Shown here: positions 10,042 through 18,800 of the stretch, one piece after another
How the letters are laid out: each line of letters begins with the position of its first letter
Position numbering within the stretch: position 1 is the stretch's first letter
DNA from: Saprolegnia diclina VS20
Lineage: Eukaryota
NCBI RefSeq assembly: GCF_000281045.1
Contig: NW_008246154.1
Span: forward strand, 81,781-111,030
Direction of reading: 5' to 3'
DNA: 29,250 nt
The notes under the pieces: model-generated
The model's input: only the letters and a program-made list of their open reading frames with translations
Told to the model about the DNA's origin: nothing
The model's database searches: none
Translations under genes and position numbers: made by a program

Positions 10042-11502
10042 ATGACCGCACCAATGGAGGTGCGTACTCAACACGAAGCCTCGAGCCTCCTTCCGAACGA
10101 GGCGGCGATAAAGGCGACCGACGTCGACACGTTGGCGCCTCCCACGATGTACCGGCGTCAACAGCTTCAGTCGCTCCTCTCCATGGCCATCCAGCTCTCG
10201 ATCAACCAAATGGTCCGCCGCGTCTTCCTCGTGACCGACACCGCGTTCCTTGGCCACCTCGGCACAAAAGAGCTCGCGGGTGCGGCCCTCGCCAACCTCT
10301 GGATCAACGTCCCGTTCAACTCGGTCCAGTATACGCTGACCATTCTGGCGAGCACCGCGCGCGGTGCGGGCGAGTTTGACCAGATTGGTCTGTGGCTGCA
10401 GACGTCGCTGCTCTTTGCGCTCGTGGCCTGCGTCCCCGTCGGGCTTTTGCACCTCTTTGTCGGCGACCTCGTCGGCATGACGATGCACGACCAAGCCACG
10501 ATCGCCTTTGCGCAGCAGTATGGCTTCACCATTGCCATCGGTTTGCTCCCACGGTATCTCTACGCGTGCCTCACAGCGTACTTCGCCACCATTGATGTCG
10601 TCCAGCCAGCGACGATCACGAGCCTCGTTGCGATCACACTCAATGTGGCGCTCAACCAAGTTCTTATCTACGGCATCGATGGCTATTGGTCGGGTTTGGG
10701 CTTTATCGGCTCGCCGCTGGCCTCAGCTTTGAGCTCGTGCGTCCAACTCGCCCTCTTCGCGACCTACACGATCGGTTGGAAACAATACCATGTTCCATAT
10801 TGGAACGGATGGACCCGTGCTGCGTTCCGCACCGACCAAATTGCAACGTTTTTGGCGCTGCTCTTGCCCATGGCCGCGTCGTCGCTTGTCGACTGGGCGA
10901 GCTTGACAATCGCAGGCTCGTCCCTTAGCATACTCGCGCCTTCGTATTCAGCTGCCAACGCGGTTCTCTTGGGGCTCTTTGGTGTCATGTACGCCTGCGC
11001 CAGTGGCTTCTCGGCCGCAACGCAGATATACTTGTCGCGTAGCATTGGCGCTGGCAACATGCCGGCCGCCAAGACATACCTCATGCTTGGCGTCCTTCTC
11101 ATGGCGCTTATGGCAGCGCTGCTCATGAGCTGCCTCGCCGTGATCCAAAGAATTGTGTTTGGTCTCTGGACTTCGGACCACGCCGTGTTGCACCACTGCG
11201 TGGGGGCGTTCGTACCATTCTCAGTTGGTGTGGGTAGTCTATTTTTCCGCTTCCTCTTGAGCTCGAGTGCGAACGCTGTCGGCCTCGAGCGCTACGCACT
11301 GTTTGCCAACAACGTCGGTGCGTGGCTAGTCTTTATCCCGCTCACGCAATTGAGTGTTGTGCATTGGCACGGCGCCCTGCGCGGGTACTGGGGCGCAAAT
11401 GCTCTCAGCGAAATCATCAAGATCGTGCTGCTCGGGTGGGGCCTCGCGCGAAGAGATTGGACCGTGCACGTCAACGCCACATCCAAAGAGTCGGAAGCGT
11501 AA
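10042..11502 (+). CDS. MATE (multidrug and toxic compound extrusion) family transporter
   Basis: 486-aa intronless ORF with ~12 TM segments and motifs DTAFLGHLGTKELAGAALA, NVALNQVLIYG, GLGFIGSPLA, SIGAGN. The start could alternatively be 10054. Confidence 0.92.
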   Translation: MTAPMEVRTQHEASSLLPNEAAIKATDVDTLAPPTMYRRQQLQSLLSMAIQLSINQMVRRVFLVTDTAFLGHLGTKELAGAALANLWINVPFNSVQYTLTILASTARGAGEFDQIGLWLQTSLLFALVACVPVGLLHLFVGDLVGMTMHDQATIAFAQQYGFTIAIGLLPRYLYACLTAYFATIDVVQPATITSLVAITLNVALNQVLIYGIDGYWSGLGFIGSPLASALSSCVQLALFATYTIGWKQYHVPYWNGWTRAAFRTDQIATFLALLLPMAASSLVDWASLTIAGSSLSILAPSYSAANAVLLGLFGVMYACASGFSAATQIYLSRSIGAGNMPAAKTYLMLGVLLMALMAALLMSCLAVIQRIVFGLWTSDHAVLHHCVGAFVPFSVGVGSLFFRFLLSSSANAVGLERYALFANNVGAWLVFIPLTQLSVVHWHGALRGYWGANALSEIIKIVLLGWGLARRDWTVHVNATSKESEA

Positions 11503-12410
11503 TACGTTGCGTCGGAGGAATGGTATCTCATGCGGATCAGATGCACTACGCAAAGGCCATCTAGACGAGCACCGTAGCTAACTTTATGGTTATGAAATAT
11601 TCACGATAATGCAGTGTCCGAAAGACACACACGCAACCCGTAAGGTTGTACCTTTGTATCCTCCTCCTGCAACCCGTTTCGATGGTCGAGCACGGATTTG
11701 CGTGCAGTTCAGCAATCCCTGTATGAGTGCCCGTGTTGGGCAGGAGGCCAAACTGGTTTCTGCCCGCTCGTGCTGCCAGCACATCGGATCACGTGATCCC
11801 ATTAACCTATCACGTAACTGACATGTAACGGTTCGTCAATCAAATCCATGAGCACTTGTGCCCGACGTCGCGGTCTAGCATCGTTTAGTTGATCGAACGC
11901 CCCATAACGCCGACCTAGTACTGTACAAAATTCTGACGGTTTGGATCCCAACCAGCCAGAGCAGATAATAGCATCGTCGTTGAGAAGAGACCTCGTTGCG
12001 ACAGGTTCGCGCCAACATGGCCACACGCACGAGGCCGCGTCAACAAGCCATTGGACTCTTTTTGCGATGGCAAGATATGCGTGCGGCCGTCGCTAACGTG
12101 GACAATCTGGTCATCCATGCGCGTCGCGCTCGTGTCTGTGCCCTCAACACCCATCATCCACAGAACCTACCATCGATAGGGCTGGTTAGAAATACAATCG
12201 GTAATGCTTTCAGACGAATCTGCACTGTATGCGTCGATCGTTGAGCTGTCGGCAGAGACGGAAAAGGGTGCGTATCCATCGGCACAGGCCCTCACCCGTG
12301 TCTTTTGCCCAGCACCGTACCGGTAGAACGACGCGAGATATTCTGGTCGGAGTGGCGAGAAAAAGGCCAGCACTGAACCACGCGCAAACGCTTTTTATCT
12401 TTGTTCGGAT

Positions 12411-12426
12411 TTCATTTTTCAATTTG
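12411..12426 (+). promoter_or_regulatory. Oomycete core promoter Inr+FPR element
   Basis: TTCATTTTTCAATTTG matches the TCATTYBNNNWTTY consensus and lies just upstream of the ATG at 12440. Confidence 0.6.
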
Positions 12427-12439
12427 ACACGAAACGAAT

Positions 12440-12658
12440 ATGGGCCTTCACATCTCGGTGGTGCTTGCGCTCTCGGCCATGACGCTCGCGAACAATGATG
12501 TTGCCCCCTTCGACGCGGCGCCTTCCACCACGACGTCGGGCGACGACACGGCCGTCCAGGACTTGCCCAACATGCAGTGGGCCGCCGTTCGGGAGCAAAT
12601 TCCGAGTGATATCCACAACGAAGCGGGCTTGGGAAGCCTCCAAACAAACCAAGGCTAG
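12440..12658 (+). CDS. Putative small secreted peptide (72 aa) or truncated 5' end of a secreted-protein gene
   Basis: Signal-peptide-like N-terminus MGLHISVVLALSAMTLA, GC-rich coding-like composition and an Inr/FPR directly upstream. No recognisable domain. Confidence 0.45.
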   Translation: MGLHISVVLALSAMTLANNDVAPFDAAPSTTTSGDDTAVQDLPNMQWAAVREQIPSDIHNEAGLGSLQTNQG

Positions 12659-12854
12659 CGATTGTAGTTGATACACCGTTATTCGATGTACCTGCGATAA
12701 CGTTAATTGACGACATTCTTTATGTGCTACACACTCGAGTACACTATGACACCTGGTATGCAGTATAGTACGTCAGCACGCGAGATGTTGGTCGTACGCA
12801 GTGACTATGGAACCGCCTGGTACACTCTAATCGAGGCACGCATTGCTTGCCCAT

Positions 12855-12971
12855 TCTATCTATCTATCTATNNNNNNNNNNNNNNNNNNNNNNNNNNNNN
12901 NNNNNNNNNNNNNNNNNNNNNNNNNNNNNNNNNNNNNNNNNNNNNNNNNNNNNNNNNNNNNNNNNNNNNNN

Positions 12972-13066
<95 letters not shown>
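12855..13066. repeat. (TCTA)n / (GATA)n microsatellite spanning an assembly gap
   Basis: Perfect TCTA repeats on both sides of the N run. Confidence 0.97.
12872..12971. other. Assembly gap (100 N)
   Basis: Run of 100 N. Confidence 0.99.
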
Positions 13067-13164
13067 CGCGCGACATGAATCGGTACTCAACCCATTCAAA
13101 TGCTAGCAAAGTCAACCCGCTATCTGCGCCGCACAAACGAGATCGAAATGGCTGCGTGTTTTGG

Positions 13165-14377
13165 CTATAAAAGTGGCGACGGCGACGGCAGGAACGGCTC
13201 GAGTGGCAACTGGTCGGTGGCGAAAAAGTCGCCAAGGTCTGTCACATCGAGGTCAGAGATCGTGAGGGTGCTGGAGCCCGTGGCGATCGCTGCGATGCAC
13301 TCGCTGCGTAGTACGTTGGCCGGTGCCAACGACTGTTGCTTCTTCATGGGCCGTGGCGCCGTCGCGGAAGCTGGCCGCTTCATCGAGCACGCCGACGATG
13401 TGTTGGTCTTGGTCGGCAGCGCATGTAGAGTCGGCATAGCCAGGCCCGCTCGAGGCAGGGGTGCAAACTCGGCCGTGCCAGCGCGCACGCCATCGAGTAT
13501 ACCGCTCAGTGCCTCGTACAGTGGCTCGCTGCCCGCTGTCGTGCTGCTTGGGTCCTACATCGAACGTCTCTTCACACATTTGGAAGCGGCATTTGTGCCG
13601 TACGCGTAGGAGGTGCTTGCGTACTGCATCGTTGGCTTGGCGCAAGTGACTACCGTACTGGATGGTCTCGACAAGGTGGGCGCGCAGCGCGGTAGGTGGA
13701 CAGTTTACTTGCTGCATGACGCGGCCCGCAGCGAGCGCACACGCCTTCGCCTAGAAGTGAAACACCTTGAAGCGTACTGTCGCTGCTTGCGTAGCGTACC
13801 ATGGCGGTGGACGAGTGTGCGCCATCAAGGGCACGTGCACACTTCTCTGTCTCGTGCACGAGGTTGGCGCCCATGGTCTCGATGAAGCGAATCGTCACGT
13901 CGCGGAGCACCTCAAGCGAGTGTCGTCGCATCGCATCGTAGCCTGCATGCGCTGCACTGACCGCACACCACGCTTTGACGTGTTGCTGGGCCTCATTTGC
14001 CATCAAAGACCGCGCTGCCGACGGCGACGGCCCAACCGGGTGGAGTGCAAGGGCTGGGATCGGTGGCACATCGTCTGTTGTGGGCAAGCTCCGCGAACGC
14101 AGCCGTCGCTTTAGCTCGACCAGACGAGCACTCAAGTGCACGCTCTCTCGAATTGTCCAAGGCGCTGGCGTACCGGCAGTCGGCTCAGCGCAGGGCTCAG
14201 CTGCGTCCGACGCGTCGGCAGTAGCGTCCAGCACAGCAGGCCTGTGGGGGCCATTAGCATTCCACGCTCCATGAATTGCCAGCGCATCACGTACTCGTCG
14301 CCGAACGCAGTCGTGGGCGGGCGCGGCTGCGTGGTCTCGAGGAGCGCGAACGGTGCCACGTCGTTGGCATCGTCCAT
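13165..14377 (-). CDS. Bromodomain-associated (Bromo_TP) histone-fold protein, Spt7/SUPT7L- or TAF8-like, ~353 aa, 4 exons (14377-14295, 14241-13800, 13750-13604, 13554-13165)
   Basis: Segment VKAWCAVSAAHAGYDAMRRHSLEVLRDVTIRFIETMGANL resembles the histone fold (AHAGF..A..SAL..LTDV...YL..LG). Three GTACG...AG introns (14242-14294, 13751-13799, 13555-13603) join four ORF pieces in frame. Confidence 0.65.
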
Positions 14378-14960
14378 GCTGCAATTCGCGAATCCATTTG
14401 GACCAATCAGCGCACGGTATTTTGGATCCGAGTTCAACCGGTGCGTTAAACTGCGTTAAATTCAGTCCGGCGGCGTGTGCATAGGAATCCCACCGCGTGT
14501 CCATCCTCCTGCACGTCTCGTCGCGGCGTCTCTTCACATTATTAGCTTTGACGCTTCCGCAGTGCAGTACCGGGCGGTCAACGTAGGACCTAAAACGTGG
14601 GCTAAACTGTGCTAAACTACGCGACGCGCTGTCCAAAGGCTGAGAGTGTGACGCGATACACTGTCTGCGACTAGCCAGGAACACTGGATGCGACCCGCCA
14701 GCATACGTGGCGGCATGGAAGAGGACCTCCATCCACTGCCTCCAAGGTTGTCGCTGCTGTGCACCACGAGTAGCTCCAAGAGCAGCTGCGGCAAGTTGGA
14801 AGGTGCTTCTTTTTAACGCCACGGGTGCTGCGCTGCCTGACGTCGGTTCTTGTCCTTCTGTCGATGGCAAGACGACAACCCCAATAACAATTGACGTTTT
14901 GATTTCATCGACTTTACTAATACAATGACTACTAATAGATAATAAGTTGGTGACTAGGTC

Positions 14961-16263
14961 CTAAAAGTCTTTGGCCCAGTCGTCGCCGTCGCTCTCGTAC
15001 GGCTCGAAGTACTCGTCGTCGTCCTCTGGCGCGAAATCAAAGCGCGACGTATCAAACGCACCGTGGAGCTCGGGCACAAAGGGCACGTCGACTTCGCGCG
15101 CCAAGAGCTTGTGCCATGGTGTGCCGGTGAAGAAGCTGTGGGCCTTGATCGCGCGCATGCTATTGACGCGCGTCGACGGCGTCTTCTCGAGACACTGGCC
15201 AATGAGGCTGCACACGTCCGGGTGCTCTTCTTCAAAGCCATTCGGAAACGTGACAGCCTCCTCGTTGATGCAGCGCATTTGCTCGCGCTTGTTGGGGTGC
15301 GAGAATGGCGTCGACCCGACGCAGAGCTCGTAGAGCAGAATGCCAAACGACCAGACGTCGGCGCGCTGGTCGTGCTGGTTGCGCGACACAATCTCGGGCG
15401 CCATGTAGTCGAGCGACCCGCACATTGTGCCGTTCCGAGTCGCGACGCCGTCGGGCTTGGCAAAGCCAAAGTCGAGCACCTTGGGGTACCCTAACGCGTC
15501 CAGTACGAGGTTTTCGAGCTTGAGGTCGCGGTAGATGGTGCCTTGCGCGTGGAGGTACTCGAGAGCTAGGACGATGCAAGCCGCATAGAAGCGGACAGCG
15601 GCCATGGGCAGCCCGCCTTGCTGCAGCTTGATCGGCGACTTGGTTTCCGAGTGGACGACAGTGTAGAGCTCGCCGCCCGGGAGGTACTCGAGCACCAAGT
15701 AGAGGCAGTTGTCATCCTGAAGCGTCTGGTACAAAGTCGTGACGAACGGGTGGCGGAGGCGCAGGTGCACGAAGCGCTCGCGGACAATGTGCTTTTCTTG
15801 GCGCATGCTCACAATGTACTCTTTCGAGATGACCTTGAGCGCGATGGCGCGGCCGCTTGGCCGGTGGCGCGCGAGCTTGACGACGCCATATGTGCCAATG
15901 CCAAGGATGCCAAGGAGCTCGAGGTCCTTCAATTGCACTAGAGAGAGATGTTAGACCATCCATTTGTCGCTAGAGGGTCGACGCACCGTGCTCGAACGCG
16001 ATCGTCGCCGGGCTCACAAGACACAGCTCTGGCAGCGCGTCGAGTTCGCAGCTCATCGTATCGGTGCGCGAAAACTTGATCGCGAGCGGCGGGTCGGCGC
16101 AGTCGGCGCCGTTGTTGGAGGGCTTCTCATCGAGGTCGGGCGTCTCAGAGCCGGTAGAGGCGCCGCTAATAGACGTCGAGACCTCTTGCTTCCCGCGCTT
16201 CGCCGAGGACGACGAGGTTACGCGCTTGAGCAGCTCGACGCAGCGCAGCATCATGGTGTGCAT
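14961..16263 (-). CDS. AGC Ser/Thr protein kinase (PKG/PKA-like catalytic domain), ~417 aa, 2 exons (16263-15987, 15937-14961)
   Basis: GIGTYG, ALK, YRDLKLEN, DFGFAK, TMCGSLDYMAPE, DVWSFG, and AGC tail PFVP...DTSRFD...DWAKDF. Intron 15938-15986 has a CTAAC branch site. Start may be 16254 or 16251. Confidence 0.92.
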
Positions 16264-16583
16264 GTGGCTGGTGGTGGCAGCGGGATGGGCTCGGCGAGAT
16301 CTTTGCTATTGGGCCGCCAACCTTCGGGGTTGTTGTTCGTCGGCGTAATAAAATAAAAGACCCAACAGACATTAAATGCGAACCACTCACTGCACTTGGC
16401 ATTTGTATGGCCTTCGCACGCCAGGATGAAATAAAATGCCACATGGAACTTCGAGGCGCGGCTACAAACACCAAGTGCAATGCAACTTCGTGTTCCGACA
16501 GCATGTCGCAGCTGGCTCCCGCACCCTTCGAGGAAAAGCATACAAAGACCAAATGCATCGACAACTCGACACTGGCGCGAGGG

Positions 16584-16608
16584 GATTGGCTAATAAAAAA
16601 AGCCAATC
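16584..16608. promoter_or_regulatory. Inverted pair of CCAAT boxes in the divergent kinase / cyclophilin intergenic region
   Basis: GATTGGCT-aataaaaaa-AGCCAATC is a perfect 8-bp inverted repeat with an A-rich spacer. Confidence 0.5.
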
Positions 16609-16908
16609 AACGCGCGCTTCGAAGTTCGGCACCCCAGTCCCATCCGCGTCCGGCGGGTAGAGTACTGTACGATACAGTGTAATATCACAAGTGAGCCAAG
16701 ACAGAGTCTGCACCCTGCGCTGCACCGGCGACGTCGCGCATTCCCGCGTCAGCCGCGCGCACGCTGCTGCCGGAGCGATGACGGTTGCGCCGGCTTGCAA
16801 CAAGCAACGACATAGGGTGGGACGCGGCAGGTCCGGATCGTTGCCGCTGGATGTTTCGTTCGCTAGTCGGCTGTATACACTATATTTCGACAACGCAAAT
16901 CGTGTGTC

Positions 16909-17012
16909 TACGCGGCCACATGGCAGTTCGGATTGCCGCACGATGCTGCCGCATCACAAGTACGCGGCCACATGGCAGTTCGGATTGCCGCACGATGCTG
17001 CCGCATCACAAG
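16909..17012. repeat. Perfect 52-bp direct tandem duplication
   Basis: TACGCGGCCACATGGCAGTTCGGATTGCCGCACGATGCTGCCGCATCACAAG at 16909-16960 and 16961-17012. Confidence 0.97.
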
Positions 17013-17042
17013 TCGCGTCGCCCGGCGCCGAGCGCCGGCGCC

Positions 17043-18491
17043 ATGGCCTACCTGCCGTACGGTCTCGGCGCCATCTTCACCCTTGCTGTCCTCAAGTTTC
17101 TCTTCTTCTTTGACCCGATCCCGCTCGAGGACATGCTGCCGTTCGTCAACAAGACCATGTACAAGGTGTCGACGCTCCATGGTAAGCGCGACAGGACTCT
17201 GTGGGCCGACCGATATGACGCTGCAGCACGTAGGCGACTTTGTACTCGAGCTCTTCCCGGACGCTGCGCCGCGCACGGTAGCCCACTTTGAGAAGCTCGT
17301 CGCGGCCGGGTACTACACCAAGGACGCGGGCTTCTACCGCGCCGAGCCCGACTTTCTCGTGCAGGCCGGCGGGTTTGTCCACGACAAGGTGTCGCCATTT
17401 GGCACGGTCGACGTCGAATACAAGTACGCCAGCTATGCGTCATGTCACGTGCTCAGAACCACGTAGCTTGCCGAGCGAAGAGCGCACCGTCGTGCTCGCG
17501 CGGTCCACCGACCCGTCGTCGGGTAGCACTGAGTTTTCCATCATGCTCACCGACAACAGTACGTCCTTCTCACGATACCAGCCATGCCACACGTCATCCT
17601 CATCCACGCAACACTCTATAGCGGCGATCAACGCGCCCAGCGCCGATTCGCCAGGCTACACCGTCTTTGGCCGCGTCCACGCGGGCTACCCGAACGTCAA
17701 GCTCTTGTCCGAAGTCATGTCCGAGGGGTACTTGGCCAAGAAGAACCGACACCAAGCCATTGCGTTTGACGCGATCGAGACGATCACCGCGCTCGTGCCC
17801 ACGACGCCGGAGCTCCGCTTGGTCTCGGACGCGATCCACGATGCGCTTGCGACGCGGTTCTCCGTCGTCATGTTCGGCAAGACCACGTGTCCGTACTGCA
17901 AGAAGGCCAAAGGTATTCTCAAAGAACTCAAGGCCGAAGTCCACGTTGTCGAGATTGACCTTCTCCCGCCCGCCGTCATGTCGCAGTACCAGGACATGCT
18001 CGAAGCGCTCACGGGCCGTCGCACGGTGCCCAATATCTTGCTCAACGGACAGTCGATCGGCGGCGGCGACGACGTCGAGGCGCTGCACCAAAGCAAGAAG
18101 CTGGCGCCGATGCTGCACAAGATCGGCGCGCTCGCCAAGTCGGTCGTGCTCGACGTACGATCGATCGATGGACGTGGCAACAGCTGACGGTTTGCATGCT
18201 GACTAGAGCATCACCAAGAACCCGCTCGTGGTGTTCACCAAGTCGTTTGACCCGTACTCCAAGGACGTCAAGAAGCTCTTCAAGTCGCTCGGCGCCAACG
18301 CGGTCGTGATTGAGATCGACACGCGCGACGACGGCAACGCGATCTTGTTCAACCTCCAGAAACTCACGGGCCGCAAGACGACACCGAATGTGTTTGTGGC
18401 GGGGAAAACCATCGGCGGCTGCGACGATACAAAGGCACTCCACGAGACGGGCGAGCTCACGCTGCTCTTGCAGCAAGCGGGCGCGCTCTAA
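17043..18491 (+). CDS. Cyclophilin-type PPIase fused to two glutaredoxin domains, with N-terminal hydrophobic anchor; ~412 aa, 5 exons (17043-17181, 17234-17423, 17467-17558, 17622-18154, 18207-18491)
   Basis: Cyclophilin: GDFVLELFPDAAPRTVAHF, FYRAEPDFLVQAGG, LARSTDPSSGSTEFSI, GYTVFGRV. Grx1: CPYC, TGRRTVPNI, IGGGDD. Grx2: DPYS, TGRKTTPNVF, IGGCDD. Four frame-consistent GT-AG introns. Confidence 0.88.
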
Positions 18492-18693
18492 GCTCGGCGG
18501 TGGCTTGTAGCATCATACTAATCGTACTGAGAGAGCGCAGTCCCCGACGCACGTTGTACAACCACAGATTAGCTCGACTGGTCGTAGTCGATGCACGACA
18601 ATCGAGGCTGCATGCGTTGATTGTGCTTTGCGTTTGGTCTGCTTCAACTTGATACTTGGACAAATTGGCGCTTGATACACGCCCGATTTCTAT

Positions 18694-18730
18694 CCAATCA
18701 GGGAGCGCCAGTTGCAGAATATGGACCAAT
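18694..18730 (+). promoter_or_regulatory. Twin CCAAT boxes, 32-bp spacing, upstream of copy C
   Basis: CCAAT at 18694 and 18726; ATG at 18801. Confidence 0.6.
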
Positions 18731-18800
18731 CGCAACGGTTTGTACCGGGTGTTGATAGTTTGATGGAAATTTTGCCGGGGTATCAGTCTCAAATTGGCCG

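Noticed and set aside
11560..12400. Short ORFs and CACGTG-like motifs between MATE and the small secreted ORF
   Set aside because: No recognisable homology or splice-consistent model; the motifs are too short to be distinguished from chance.
12855..13066. Telomeric repeat
   Set aside because: The unit is TCTA, not a TTTAGGG/TTAGGG-type repeat, and it is internal with genes on both sides.
12707..13170. ORFs with IYLS repeats
   Set aside because: They are translations of the (TCTA)n microsatellite and the N gap.
14378..14870. N-terminal part of the 406-aa ORF 13650-14870
   Set aside because: A spliced model starting at 14377 with canonical introns and an upstream CCAAT explains the gene; the extension begins at a non-ATG codon and looks intergenic.
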